DNA of 64,000 nt, from the NCBI GenBank assembly GCA_002633005.1, contig NMRA01000069.1, positions 487,740 to 551,739 on the forward strand. Direction: 5' to 3'. The translations under genes were made by a program, and so were the position numbers. This document shows, piece by piece, positions 50,801 to 63,675 of the stretch. The stretch is from Phoronis australis. Its lineage: Eukaryota > Animalia > Phoronida. Position 1 is the first letter of the stretch. Every line of letters starts with the position of its first letter. The notes below the pieces were generated by a model. The model did no database searches. It was not told where the DNA came from and saw only the letters and a program-made list of their open reading frames with translations.

Positions 50801-53800
50801 CTGCGAGGTTGAATTTGGCTTGAGCCGAGTCGTCGTGATGGGGAATTCCAGGTCATTTTGTCTGAATACTTCTGGTATGGACTAAAGCTTAATAAGTGAA
50901 CAGGCTGTGATGTACAGATCGTTATCTTTTCAGAGACGAACCGTTATTGACGGAAGAAGACCTCTTGGCGCAGAGTTATGATGAGTACACTCTGGGTAAC
51001 TACTCGCCTCGACTTCTGCGTGTGTCGGAGCTGGAGCCTGACACGATCGTCTACGACCCTGAGGATGACATGAAGAGACTGGAGTATGCGCGTGTCCACC
51101 TGGTGAAGACTGGCAAAGTGGTAGGAATCCTCATTGCGTGGAATTTTATAGTGACATTATGGGCGAAAAATGTAATGTTTCTGAGATCACCCTCTGAACA
51201 GAAACCAACCTGCAACCCCACGGTCGTAATCTAATTCTCTGCTGGTGAAGCTAAATCCCACTTGATAAATGACATTGTGTTTTGATCGTATTTAACTGGT
51301 AAAGTCACTGTGCTTGATTTTAGTGAAAGACTGGCAGACAATGTCAAGAATTGGCGATTTGTAATAAAATCGCAAGAACACATGGGATCTTGTTGTCACA
51401 TGGCTCTGGTCAAAGCTGAGTTCTGCCCCATCCAGCAATAATCTCATAATGTGTTTTTTTCAGATGTAGAACCGATATTGTCCCTTTAAAGCCTCACCGT
51501 GTTCTGTTGTTACAAACATTATTATTCTTCACAAGTGTCTTTACTCATAACTGCCAAGGCAATGCAATCATGTTCTTATTCTTTGTTTGACTTCAATTTG
51601 TCTCAATAAATTGCCTAGAATTCCCTTTGTGGCTATTCTGCCGTGGAGCCTGAAACTAACCATTGTGACAAGCATCTTAACGGGTCTGGTCTGAAACAGT
51701 AGCGACCTCTATTGTTCTCAAACCTAGAAATTGTTTCTAATCTGACTAAGGAACAAGATGAGACTGATTTTACAATATTAAATGCCCTAAATTGAAAATT
51801 GATTTTAGACAAAAGACGCAGGTTCTTTGCCCCTTCACTTACACATGTCTGAAATGAAAAGTTACGGAATATGTGTTCAGGAAGGCAAGTTGTGAGAAAG
51901 ATCCGCTTGTAGGTAAAGTGTCGCCATATTGCACCACCAGAGGGAGTGAAAGTGTGCAGAACTAATGCAAAAGTAACAATTCTACATCAGCCTTGCAACG
52001 ATGAAATCTGAAACATCAGTTCAAATCACTTCTATCTGATTAAGCTTTAATTGTGTTAAACTTGATTAGTGCCTGCGCTTCTTATTGCCCGGGTTATTTC
52101 CTCAGAATGTCATCTGTCTTCGGACTGAACGTGACTTACATCCATATTTTATACCAATTGGTGCAGATGTCTGATAAAATATTGCATTATTGTCTTTGGC
52201 ATCTCGATACAACTAAGTCAGTGAGATCAGTCGACCATCGCTTGATATATGACCATGGCTTTAGGAACAACTTTAGAATGGTCCGTGGATCTGTATTTTT
52301 GATCTCATGGAGAATTTTGCTAAAGGTGCTGAACACCACCCAGTGTCTCCACCTAGTGTTCACTCTCAAAATGAGCTTTTCCCATTTGACAGACAATTCA
52401 GTCTTCACCATTTTCAAGTTGCTCACAAGTCCACATGCCAACACTTAATATGAGTAAGGTACATTCTCATACCAAACTTAGAATTTCTATGATATACAAG
52501 GTAGAATTACTGACTAGTACCAGTACTTCTGATTTTTAAAATGTCAAGTGAATTTGACCACTTCTCATTTCAGCGTGATGACATCGACTCTGAATTGTTG
52601 AAGAAAGCACGTGAGGGTATGAATGATGACGAGGCCACCTTTGGGGTGCAAGTGAAACTAGAACACCAGGAGTTGCTCTGGTCGGATAAGTACAGACCAC
52701 GCAAGCCTCGTTTCTTCAACAGAGTTCACACGGTGAGGCGTAATGACAGAAATAAGATTTTGAATATTTGGCACAATTTTGAATGTTACTTAAGTTTTCT
52801 TAATCAAACTTATTAATTTCAGTTGGCGCAAAATTGATTATCTAAAGTGCCATCCACACACAGACTTACCCTAGAACAAGTTACTCCTGGAACAAATTGT
52901 CGCTGGGTTTAAGGTCTGTGTGGACGCTATTTAAACTAGTGCAATTTATGCCACTTGTGACAACTTACTCCACCTTATCGAGGTGGGGTAACTTGTTCTT
53001 GGATAGCTTGCGCCTCTTCTAATCACTGTGTGGTTGCAAAAGTGAGGCAGCTGTACTTACATACAGACGGGTTTTCTCTTGTGTGCCGTATTCGAATTAG
53101 GTGTTCACTGTCACGCTCAGAACGACAACTTCCGCTTTACCCTAGTTATCGGATATAAATGTGTGTGTGGACGCTCCACTTAAAAGTGGGGTAAGTTGCA
53201 CTAGTGCAAGCTGTGCTAGTGTAAGCTTTGTGTGGACGGGAGTTAATTCATCTTATTACCAGGTTTTGATTAAAAAGCTGGTTTTGTTGACATCATCTGG
53301 TTTTGTCTGGGTTACGGGCAACAAAATATGTCGGAAAATTATAACAGTGAATTAACAGAAAATTAAACATTCAAATGGCTTGGTTTTGATGTTAAGCATA
53401 GTTAATGAAAAAAGAAATTTATTTAATTCTTTTGCCAGAGATTTTGCTTTGTAATTTGGCTGGTAGTCAACAAAAAGTTATATTTATGAATTCTTTTGAA
53501 TACATCAAAGTTTTTGTTGCCTAAAAATAATTATGATATTAACCTAACAGTGACTAATCGCAGACAGGACATTGCTTCTGTCTTTCCTTTGATATTTTGG
53601 TTTGTTTCAGTTCTGTTTGGAAGAAATGTCAGGGAAGTATTTACCCATCCTGTCTTATCCTTATCCACCATTAAAACTTCTTGAAATTATCTACATACAA
53701 ACAGTTAGTTCGCCAACATTACCATTTGTCACAGCGCCACCTCTGGAGGAGAGTGATAACCGGCAGAAATCTGTGTGTGGGCATCACTGTGCCTCGGTTT

Positions 53801-56340
53801 GGTCATTTGTTGTCAACATGTGGTCTAGGAATGAGACAGAGAAATAAGGCGTCTCTCAATAGATGAAGCAGTATACTGATGCATTTCTCAACATGAACTT
53901 ATTGGAATGTCCATGTGTTATTTTCCAAACAGTCGGAATATCCGAATTGTATATGTACTGTTAGTCAATGAGCAGCCATGGTACACAATCCTTTCCCAGT
54001 GCTAACCCTTGTAGCACTGGGCACGAGTTTGTGACAACAAGTAATGGTGTAGCTGAGAATATCCATGTCTTAGAGGTCATAGGTCATGCTATGCACTTGA
54101 CTTAGAAGTGCAACACACACTTTCACTGTTTTAGTGTTCTCTAAATCAATTTCTTTGCTCCGTTTCTTGTTACAGGCAATTTGACTTGATAATCATTTCT
54201 TCTATGCAATCTTTAGGGGTTTGAGTGGAATAAATACAACCAGACTCACTACGACATCGACAACCCACCGCCCAAGATTGTTCAGGGCTACAAGTTCAAT
54301 GTAAGTGCCATTTCTAAAATAATTACTATGCTCTCACTTTGGAGAGCCATGCTGTAAATGGTCTGTTACATTAAATTACCTTTAGCATATGGTTGCTTAG
54401 CAACCTGCAGGTTATAGAACAAACTACATGAGTATTAAGTTCCCTGCCAAGGCCATCGGCGACAGTTCTCTGTGGAAGCTGCCCTTCCCCTATGAGACTG
54501 GTGCTGGTGCCAGTTGTGCAGATGACAGGTCAATTCCCAGCTTCGAAACATGGAAGCAGGGGGGGTATTTGAATTTGTGCTCGATTTTGTAATTAATGGT
54601 AAATTTAGTAATTATGCAGTACTTGCCTTGTAATTCTTTATTTTTCACTGCAGTACTTGGTGTAAAAATTTCTCACGAAGAACCACATGAAAGAAAATCA
54701 ACCATAAAAAATGAGATTGGTGTTATTGTTCTTTGTATTGTTATTAGAGTGCTTTTATTAGTATTAACGCAGACCAAGTACAAACACATTCCTAGTGGTT
54801 ACATCCCTCTGGGGGTGTGTTATTTTCATTAGAGAAACGAGTTTGAACATCGCTTACCTATGGTATTACTTTCAGATCTTTTTTCCGGATCTGATAAATA
54901 AGACAGAGACCCCGGAGTACACGATTACCCCCATCAAAGAAGAGCCGGACTTCGCCGTGTTGAGATTCCATGCTGGGCCACCATACGAGGTATGTACTGA
55001 ACGACTCCATGTTTCGTTAAGAGCATCCTGTTTTCACCTGCCGACCTTCAGCATTCCATGATGGGAACACAAATCACTATTAGACTGTTCTCAGCTCATG
55101 AACTATATTAATAGTTATCTATAGTCAGTTGTAATAGAAAAGACATGCATAATGACGCGGGTACTGAAACAAGCACATTGACACCGTACGGTCTGTCAAG
55201 GCTATATAGTGCTTATGAATTGAGAATCCCTGCTATTTATATAGTAAAGCAACGCGTGTTAGTTAATTAGCAATTAAAACTTTGTAATTTTATTTTATTT
55301 AAAGAATACTTTTACATGCTAAGCTACAATTTTTTATTTTAGGGATATCAGTAATAAATATTAATTTTAAAAAGTCATTCATTTTTTGCAACTACTCAGA
55401 GGACGCCATCTTGTGACTAGAGTATTCAAAGTCTGCATCGTGGTTAGAACGTCGTTAGGTTCAAAGGTCAATGGTTTGACTTCAGTGGTTAACTACGGTC
55501 AGGACAAGCAATGACCTATCATTGTAACTTCTCCAAGGGCAAATTCCAGTTGCACTCAGCTGGTGTGGCATGCAATTTGGTATGCAATTTGGTATGCAAT
55601 TTGGCGTGCAATCGCTTAATCGTGATTAGGAATTGTGGGCTGTTATATGCAATTATTTTTACTGTGCATTGTAACATAGCCAGAAGATTGCCAACTGTGT
55701 AGGAATAAATGTCAAAACACAGCTAGAAATTCATGTGAGTAAGAAACTTGCAAAATGATATTTTTGCTGTACTGGCGTCATTCTCTGTTAAGTTATCTCA
55801 CTCTGCGTTGCTCATACATATTTTGTTCTTAAGTTAGAAAAGCACACTATCGTCCCAACAGAGGGTCATTATTCTGAGAACTAGTTATAGCAGAGTCCTG
55901 TAAAATCATTCGTTTTTGGAAAAAAAAGAGTTATTTCTGACTATCGAGATGACTACTGTTTTGTTCTAGTCAAATGTAGGGTCATCTTTCAAAACCATCC
56001 TTTTGGTTCGTGTTTTGGGGTGAAGCCCTTTGTTTTGGTTTCTTAATATGGTGACTTGGCATCCCACTACGGGAAGAATGAAGTTCATTGATTGCTATAA
56101 TGGGCGGTTCACCATCACGTACTTGATTCACTTCAGTAATACTTAGAACTTAGCGATTTTGACTTGACCAAATCAGTGTTGCGTGAGACGTAATACATTT
56201 TCTTGCATTTTCAGGACATTGGTTTCAAGATTGTTAACAAGGAGTGGGAGTGTTCGTGGAAGAGAGGCTTTAGATGTCAGTTTCACAATAATATCTTCCA
56301 ACTGTGGTTCCACTTCAAGAGATATCGTTATAGAAGATGA
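26845..56340 (+). CDS. CACTIN: Cactin, spliceosomal C-complex factor / Cactus interactor; 17 coding exons, 737 aa
   Basis: Exons 26845-26942, 27778-27891, 28720-28909, 30294-30347, 30831-30968, 31384-31455, 32554-32616, 34008-34062, 35411-35502, 35908-36061, 37995-38251, 38528-38784, 50934-51120, 52574-52732, 54217-54300, 54876-54989, 56215-56340 (2214 nt, phases consistent). RS-rich N-terminus, then GYSNADNPFGD, FHLQQAKLRSKIRIDDGRAKPID, DVGYWESLL, WSDKYRPRKPRFFNRVHTGFEWNKYNQTHYDIDNPPPKIVQGYKFNIF, FHAGPPYEDI and LWFHFKRYRYRR*. Confidence 0.97.
27228..27350 (-). mobile_element. tRNA-derived repeat lying within the 27.0-kb repeat copy; related inverted pair at ~25853-26066
   Basis: Minus strand reads TAGCTGAATGGTTAGCAC (A-box) and GGTTTGATTCCC (B-box). 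Terminal CGAGTGGCTAACAGAGGCTC is shared with 26040-26059. Confidence 0.55.
29008..29519. mobile_element. Second copy of the CAGGG-TIR MITE (inverted), 6-bp TSD CTGTAT
   Basis: Reverse complement of 6350-6854 along its length; CTGTAT on both sides; lies in Cactin intron 3. Confidence 0.88.
33770..33998. repeat. About 115-bp tandem duplication immediately upstream of Cactin exon 8
   Basis: TTTCAAAATAATCTCCTTCTATAG...CTTAACTTTGACCTATTT occurs twice with few differences. Confidence 0.9.
34139..34270. repeat. About 130-bp imperfect palindrome (MITE-like)
   Basis: TTATTGAC..GAGGTCA..TTTTCAGACCCAAAAATGT paired with ACGTTTTTGGTGTCTGAAAA..TGACCT..GTCAGTAA. Confidence 0.6.
39410..41289 (-). CDS. Secreted pacifastin-like Cys-rich peptide, copy 1 (108 aa), nested antisense in Cactin intron 12
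   Basis: Exon 41289-41151 (MKTALNLSVLLGVMAVALA-RTMPNVKAVCEEGDLSIYDGCNWCSCP, donor G|GTAAGT) joins in phase 1 to exon 39597-39410 (acceptor TTTGCAG; EDEYGMACTLMACPWLKSCPRGKKWKDTWENENGARCTCTPSHYQHCVKRAADDILSLKQTA*). Minus-strand AATAAA at 39080-39085. Confidence 0.85.
40009..40055 (-). ncRNA. Minimal type-I hammerhead-ribozyme-like motif (Penelope-type variant core)
   Basis: Minus strand reads UGAUUC-CUUGAGAAU-GGUUUA(GAGUAA)UAAACC-GAAACGUU-GGAUUG: a 6-bp stem II, GAAA, palindromic ACGU, and a wobble-rich stem I. The core is CUUGAGAA rather than canonical CUGANGA. Confidence 0.4.
40274..40829. mobile_element. PIF/Harbinger (Tourist-like) MITE, TTA TSD
   Basis: TTA|GGGCTGTTCCAGTAAAATCTGTATGG ... 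CCATACGGATTTTGCTGGAACAGCCC|TTA. The homologous site in copy 2 (~44055-44080) is empty. Confidence 0.88.
42613..44540 (-). CDS. Secreted pacifastin-like Cys-rich peptide, copy 2 (94 aa)
   Basis: Exons 44540-44402 and 42758-42613 give ...CEEGDLSIYDGCNWCSCPEDEYGMMCTLMACAWLKSCPRGKKWKDTWENENGARCTCTPSLYQHCV*. Splice sites intact. Minus-strand ATTAAA at ~42234-42239. Confidence 0.85.
43741..43847. repeat. 21-bp minisatellite x5 (CCATCCCTAAGGACCAAGTCC)
   Basis: Five head-to-tail units with one mismatch, in the intron of peptide gene copy 2. Confidence 0.95.
45125..46091 (-). CDS. Secreted pacifastin-like Cys-rich peptide, copy 3 (95 aa)
   Basis: Exons 46091-45953 and 45273-45125 give ...CEEGDLSIYDGCNWCSCPGPDQNGMACTLMACPWLKTCPRGKKWRDTWENENGAQCTCTPSFYQHCV*. 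GT-AG intact, with a remodelled acceptor region that adds one codon. Confidence 0.82.
49467..49563. repeat. About 32-bp tandem repeat x3
   Basis: GATATTTACCCACAATGCTkTGCATCATCCCT units. Confidence 0.85.
50690..50870. repeat. Interspersed repeat; copies at ~3990-4158 and a partial inverted copy at ~31075-31140
   Basis: Shared TATTATGrTGGyrAAATTCTAATTACAGG...GCCACCTT...GAATTyGGCTT...TTGTCTGAATACTT. Confidence 0.65.
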
Positions 56341-56957
56341 ATTCATTACGGCGACTCATCATTGTCATCCCTATCAGTCTTATTGTCATCGTTGTGTTTT
56401 GTTTCCTTGTAATAGAGACTCTGTGAATAATCAGAGAAGGACTGAATCATACAGCAGGGCTGCATGCTGATGCAGTAAAATCTCAACAGTTTGGTTCACA
56501 ATATGGCGGAAAGTGTTAGTTACATTCTCACTGAAGTATTTCTGTCGTCAGTCACTTGTCTGTCAACAGCAGGGATTGAAACGACAGAAGAGGAAAATCA
56601 TTCCACAAATAAATAGGCTTGTGTGATAGAATGGTTTTTGTGATGTAAATTTAACTGAAATAAATGTTTCTCAAACAAGTGGGAATCGAAACATAAAAAG
56701 AGGAAATTCTCTTATAAGAGGAAAATTCCACGCCCTGCAACAGATTCAGTTATCGAAGGGGATGTAATTTGACTCCGCTTACAGGAATAGTGTAAGAGAA
56801 AGAAAACAAGACACAACCTTTGATTTATAAAATGCTTCATATTGTCTTGATATGTACAAAATGTACAGCCACCATGTTTTATAATAAATCCTCATTCAAA
56901 CAAGTACAAGTTGATTGATTTCAGAAACATTCAACAATTTCTGGCAAAACCAGGGTC

Positions 56958-57613
56958 CAGGGTCTTGTATCTAAACTCAAAATAAGCACCTATTATTCTG
57001 TGCTTGAGTGAGTTCTAATTTACACGGATGAATGTCCAGTTCAAGTTCGGACTTGTTGACCCATAGTTTGCACTTGTTGACCCCTAGTTTCAAGCTGCAG
57101 CTCAAGGTTTAGAGTTCAGACAGAATAATAGATATCTAACTTAAGTTCTTACAAAACAGAAAAATGTGAAAAATAATTTCGAGTTCCATTCCAAGTTAAG
57201 ATATTAGATTGTGTTCCCAGGGCCTGGGTTCTAATCTTTTTACTCGAAATGGAACTCAACATTTCTGTTTGGCATTTTCCACTCTACTTATGTGCGAACT
57301 CAAGATAAGTGTCTATTATTCTATGCTAGAGTACATAATGACTTACGTGGATAATTTTTAGTTCTAGTTTACAGCTGATAAACCCAACATTAAGGCTAAA
57401 AGTTCGAATTTGAACTCGAAATTTCCAGTTGTTACTCGAGATTGTAAGGGTCATCAAGCGCTAACTTAGACTAGAAACTCATACATGTAAACTATGATGT
57501 ATTCGAGTATAGTCTAATAACCACTTATCTTGAGTTCGCACAAAAGCAGCACAGAAATTGTCAAAAATAATTTCGAGTTCGTTTCGAGTACAAAGATTAG
57601 ATTACAGGCCCTG
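56958..57613. mobile_element. Two adjacent related foldback/MITE copies between the Cactin and DAP3 3' ends
   Basis: 57218-57613 has inverted ends CAGGGCCTG..TCTAATCTTT.TACTCGAAA and TTTCGAGTACAAAGATTAGA..CAGGCCCTG. 56958-57220 is a more decayed relative. Confidence 0.65.
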
Positions 57614-57753
57614 CAGGTATCAAAACTAATTTTAAGGTGCCATAAACCCGCATTGTGTCGAAGAAGTTAGCTTTTGATTTAGGCCACTTACTGATATAAG
57701 TGGTCCTGACTTAATCCTCACTCAAATGAAAAGTGATTTATGGGTTTGTAAAG

Positions 57754-57928
57754 AATTGACCTATCGCCAGGATTTTGAGTGACGGCTGAACTGACCAATC
57801 AGAAAGTAGAATTCTCGACACACCTTAGTTTCCAAGCCGCCATTTTACCCAACAAACAACACCTTGCAGAGTAAAACTTATTGTTTGTTGACATTTTGCA
57901 AGGGGGCGGAGCTTGCGATAGGTCAATT
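57754..57928. mobile_element. About 175-bp MITE (same family as 21771-21949)
   Basis: Perfect 14-bp TIR AATTGACCTATCGC / GCGATAGGTCAATT. Confidence 0.8.
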
Positions 57929-58177
57929 GCCGGCTCATTCTTCCTTGACAGTAGACATGTTGCACGCAGTGACAAGCCAACTTGTAGAGTCTGGTCTCGA
58001 GTAATGACAAACTGTCACTTTTTCCAAGCCCTGAGTCATCTCCAAATTGACTAAAGAACAATTTCAGACCAGCTGCATAAAATTGTCATGGAAATTGGAT
58101 CTATAGCCCGGAGCTCATTCTGTCTCTTGTGAACAAAGTATTTAATGGTGAATAGACAAAACATGGAGAAGTCTTGG

Positions 58178-61100
58178 TCACCAGCTGCTGACCACTTCGC
58201 AAAGGACCTTGGGATTGTTTCCACTGAGAAACATCAGCTGCTTTTTACCCTCTTCAGTATGACCTAAAAACAAAAATGCGCTGTCTACCCAATTTTAAAT
58301 AAAGTGTTGAAATAACAAGACTGCTAATCTGTACTATGTATCAATACTTACATCATACATTATACGTAAATAAAACAACAATAATGGATCAACTGAAATT
58401 TTCGGATATAATCACATCCTTTTCAGTTGATCCATTATAATTGTTGTTTTATTTACATATATATATTCTACATTCATCAAACAATAGCATCCTTCAGAGG
58501 ATCTGGATCGCCTCATTTAGTCCCAGATTTATCGTAGGTTATTTACTTGCATCAACAATTCAACAAGGTATTAACTGGATAGATATAAATTTCTCATGCA
58601 CTAAAATTTCTCCAATTTCCGACAATAAAATTGCAAAATTGTTTTTTTAGTTCATATTCCAAGGCTAAACAGGGAAAATTTCAGCTTTAAATTTTAATAC
58701 GAGATTTTACTGTTCTTGATCAACGAAAAGTGACAAAACTGATTACTTCCCAAAAGTTGAAATTTTCCTACAATACACATTCCCATCTTGCTCTGGCTAT
58801 TCAATAACTCATATGTTTCCAACACAACACCTCTACCCCACATTCTTTCTACATACAAGTAGGTACTTCCCCTCCCCCACATAACCCCTCTGTGTCCAAC
58901 TTCAATCCCTATAGCCCCAGTATCTTTTAATGTTCTGTATCCACATCCTGTCTACCCGGCATTCCCTCTATATCCACCTCCACCCCCTGTAGCCCCCGTA
59001 CCTTTGGGGTTCTGTATCCACAGGCGGTCTATGTAATACTCTATACAACTGTGAACTTCCTTGTCAGAATAATCCTCGGTCACCACGGGAACAAATGGGT
59101 CCAGCCACTCAAAGCCCTGGAAAAAGTAACTAAATGGGTTAATCATGTCACATGCAACTGTAAACTGCTTCAAAAACCTTGCTGCCAAAACGGAGAAGGT
59201 GATAATTTCATCATGTGTTAATGTTATGCATGGTTAAAGTGTAGCGAAATATATTTCAAGCCAAAGGATACTTTTTCTAAACCACATTAAGACCAAACAT
59301 TAAAAATTGCCCATGTTTCCCAGACTGAACAGTAAAAGAAGCAAACGTTCAATTCAGACCACTTAGTGCTATAAAATTAGTCTTAATTTGTTCTTTACTC
59401 CGATGAAAAGTGATTTCTGGGCTTTCAAAAAACTGACAGTTTCTTTTAACTTGAGACCAGGCTTTCCACATAAGATGACGTGCCATGACGTGCCATGACC
59501 TGCCATGACACGCCAACTTGAAGAACCTGGTCTTGAGCAACCAACTGTCATTTTATCCAAAGCCATGAAATCTCTAGTTCGACAAAGGAAAACTTGAGAC
59601 CAATCTCATAATGGTAACGGGTCTAAACCAAAAGTTAAGTATTTTTTATGGAAAGTGGGTTTAAATAATGAAAGTGAAACTTTGAAACACACAATTACCA
59701 AAGCTCTTCACAAGTATACCGTCCCATAGTCAAAAGCTGACATTCAAGGTTATAAGTCCTTCAAAGCCTACATAAAAGAAAGTATGGAATTTAGTCTCTC
59801 GATAGTCACTACGAAATGTCTACACAGCAGTTTACAAACAATGACCGGTTAGTACCTCTTTCTGTAGCAGAAAGCGCGGCAGGTCAGAGCCCCGTAAGCC
59901 TTCAACATTCGCATTTTTATCCACTGTCGTTACAATAGCACCATTACTCTGAAAAAAAAACCACGGATAAATAAGGTTCAAATCACCTAGCAACAAAACC
60001 AACAACTGATGGGACTAATTTTTTATGAAGACGCACAACAGAGGAATGCTTAGGCATAAACTCTTGACGTGGTGTTGGCAGGTCCTCCCATTGTTAGGGA
60101 ATGCAGATACAAAGGGGAAATTTGAAAATCACCAGGTGGCGCTAGTGAAAACGGACCTGCATGTAAAAATGATCGCATTAAACTAACCATGGGAGAATGT
60201 TATCCACCGAACACCCGCACTCTGATGAACTACTTTCTATTCTGTTTTTAATAGATTGAGAACAGCATGCAGATAACTTCCTGTTCTTGGTCTATTCACA
60301 AGATGAAAAAGGGACCTTTCTTGACTATTACCACGTCGTGAAGTTACACATTCTTAACTAGCTTCAAAAAGCTGAATTTCGTTGCTCTGTACCTGTCAAT
60401 GTTAAGTTCTCAGCCAAAACAGTTTGGGATTTAAAACACTACCGTATTTATCCGATCACGAATTGTTGCTGAATGGGCTGACAACTAAAGACACTGGCAA
60501 TGCGTACACGTGCCATTCTCGAATTCACAATGAACTCAGAAGCGTTTCATTGAGTAGTTGATGACTTCGGTGTTCTTGTTCCAAATTCAAGTTGTATCGT
60601 GATAAGAAAAATTAAGAAATCAAATTTATGAGGCCAGTGACACTATGGATCAAAGTTTTGGGAATTCTTCGAATCAATTATTTTAGATTGAATCCATAAT
60701 TTTGACTGTGGCACCATTCACTAGCAAGCACAAGCAGGGGCACTTGCAGCTGTCTGTTTTGTCAATGTTTTGATCACAAAAGCAAACACTTGTGACATCA
60801 TTGGCCCAAGACCAACTTTACTCGAGACGCGACTCAAAATATGTCCTTCAACAACTGCGTGGCATGCAATTCATCAATTCATCGAGTCAAATCTCGAGCA
60901 AAATTTAGCGTCACAGGGCTGATGAAACCTTACCAAAAGTGAAGGTTATGAAGGAGGTAGAAAAAAATTTACCCAATTTCCTTTGAGAAGTTTCTTGAAA
61001 TGATGCACCATACCGACGTCGCTTGGAGGAAACTGTGGAATAAGCAGAGAGTGATGTTAAACATTAGAAAACATGCGATGAAAAAGGTTTTTCATTACTT

Positions 61101-61421
61101 TCTGATGATATAAATCGGTAAATAAAACAACAAGAATGGATCAACTGAAATTTGAAATTTTCGGATGTAAAAACTTCCTTTGTCAACAAAAACAAAGGAA
61201 GTTTTTACATCCGAAAATTTCAAATTTCAGTTGATCCATTCTTGTTGTTTTATTTACCGATTTATATTCTTCATTTCATGAAACAATAGTATCCTTGGGA
61301 GGATCTGGATCGCCTTATTTAGTTTCAGATATATTTTCTACGTTATTTCTGATGATAAGATGTTAACTGGATAAATCACTTACTAAAAGCATAAAAGTCT
61401 GGTGAGTCACACGCACGCACA

Positions 61422-61472
<51 letters not shown>

Positions 61473-63675
61473 ATCGACAAGTGCCAAAATCCCTGCCAGA
61501 GATGAAGACTGGTACTCAAGCAAGGTCATTAGAACCAGATGACCCGATCTGAACAGGGATCAAGGGTTACAGCTCGCGGCAGTGTACGATCTCATTCTAA
61601 AACCAGGTCAACCTAATGTGGGAAATACTGTCAGTGAACAAGACCCTTAGAGAGAGGGCTGAAACCAGAATTTTATGCCTTTTAGTATTAAAGTAATTTA
61701 GCCATTTACCATTAGAAATCATGCAGACGAATTATAACAGTGCAGTGATAAACGGTGACTATAGCATGGGTTTTTCTGTTCAGGCCAAACAAACATACCT
61801 CGAGGTAAACATTGTCAACCACTTGGCTCAAAGGTCATAGGCAAACGGGAAAAACTCAGTATATGGCGCCCTATTTCATAAGAGATTTTTACCAAAAAAT
61901 GGCTCTATTTCACTAGCAATCAAGTTTCTAAGTACACTCTAGTCAGTACCTGAAGTTCAATATGAATTTCAACCAATGGCAATGGTTTAGTATAAAGATG
62001 AACAAGTCATTTCTCCCAACTCGTAGAAGGCTAGTAACTGAGGATCCGTACTGAACAGAATTAAACTCCAAGCATACACACGGATGTTCATTAGGTAGTA
62101 AGCAATACTTTGAACGTTTCCTTGACCTATGTGCATGGAGTCAACACAACGTACTGACCAGTTTTCGTTCCTCATTTTTGATCCGTGTCTCTGCCCACAA
62201 ACCATTAACGCCATCTATTGCCACAAGGGTCTTGAATGGGCTTGTCGCTGACTGGAGTTGGATCTCCTTCAGTAAGACGCCCACGCAGTCAGGGGCGTAC
62301 TTGATTCTATTCAGACCCTGAAATGAAGAGGTTTTCTGAAGCACCTTATCCAAAATATTGTCATACATCTTCATTTAGCTTTCATCATGGTTTTAAGGAT
62401 TATTGACAAAGTTAACCACTCAAACTCAAAAATATGGTTGGAAAAGTTGTAAATCTGAAAGATGAGCCTTTTCAGAACAGAAATATTCTTTTTAGTGTAC
62501 AGGTTGATTCACACTTGTTCTATAATCTATGGCTGAGGTAACAGCACCCCAGATTCTTTATTAACTTTTGAACAACATAGATACCAGCAGTGAAAAATGT
62601 TAAGCTGTTTTTTTAAAAATCTTTTGATGGCTGATATCTCAATGTGTATGGGCAGTAAGAATATAAACTTAAAACACGTCGCCTGCAAGTAAGGATTTTT
62701 AGAAAGGCATCACAGGGTAAAAGGTGACAATTTTCATTAAAGATGACATTTCAAGATATGAATTTACATACTTCAATCATTAGGATTCACGAAATGCGTA
62801 CTTTTATGGGTTAAAAATGAGCAGTTAAAAACTAAGGTATTTGATCAAAAGTGAAAGGATATTTTTTGTTTAAAACAACAGTTACCTGTAGCAACTGTCA
62901 TACCTCTGTCAAGTATGGAATGCCAGCATTCTGACCAATCACACATGGTCAGTTGCTACACTGAAAATCATACCTACCAGTTCAATGACTTCACTCCAGG
63001 GAGCGCCCTCTTCAGTGATTTCTCGAGGACTCCACGTGTAATGACCTTGAGTTTTAGGCTGAAAAATCAAACACCTTGACCCAATGGAAAAATTCAGTGC
63101 ATGCCAACATATCGTTTGTTACTGGCTTTAAAAAATCTCTCACAAGAAGGATAGCGAATGCCTGTCTGGAAGAATACGATAAAAATTGATCAAATAATAA
63201 AATGAGGTATGCTTTGACATCTACATGACCCAAAGTAGTTTGCACATTAAGAGTAGGTGGCAGCACCACAGTCACACATTCAAAATCCAGAACAACGCAA
63301 TATCTGGGTGACCGTGAGAAATGACTGACCGAGACAATACTGAATGATGAAAACCATCCGCCAAGAAACCGAGAAGAAACCCGTGGGCAAAAAAACACAT
63401 AGCAAGTCTCTACCAACCACACTGATGTGAGAGCTTCAGAGCATGTGCAACTTTGAAAAACAAGATAACAGAAAATTGAGCTATTATTTTTGTCCAAACA
63501 GAAGAAATTTTAATTGTTGACGCAGATAGTTTGCCTACCTGAAATTCCGAAAGCACATGTGCGTTCTGCTGCCTGAAGGCCTTCAACCAGGTGATGGACT
63601 CCTGAGGGAGGTCAACACGGCCAGGTTTGTAGGTGGACATAGCAATCTCTTTACAGAACTTAGTCCAGAAGCAAG
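58178..63675 (-). CDS. DAP3: Mitochondrial ribosomal protein S29 / death-associated protein 3; last seven exons, 5' part outside the window
   Basis: Exons 63675-63539, 63058-62978, 62317-62159, 61032-60973, 59948-59856, 59116-59002, 58263-58178. Peptides include STYKPGRVDLPQESITWLKAF, YTWSPREITEEG, APDCVGVLLKEI, LVAIDGVNGLW, GFEWLDPFVPVVTEDYSDKEVHSCIEYY and TEEGKKQLMFLSGNNP. ATTAAA at 58141-58146. Confidence 0.92.
61108..61350. repeat. Repeat headed by a perfect 76-bp-stem hairpin (61108-61267); relatives at 58366-58560 and 46327-46488
   Basis: The two arms are exact reverse complements around the 8-nt loop CAACAAAA. The downstream GAGGATCTGGATCGCCT tail is shared with the 58.4-kb copy. Confidence 0.88.
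61423..61471. repeat. (CA)n microsatellite
   Basis: Pure CA run; another imperfect CA tract lies at ~8075-8116. Confidence 0.95.

Noticed and set aside
52053-52448. 131-aa ORF in Cactin intron 13 (similarly 25417-25800 and 63054-63497)
   Set aside because: No recognisable domain, no splice or frame support, and composition typical of random intronic ORFs.
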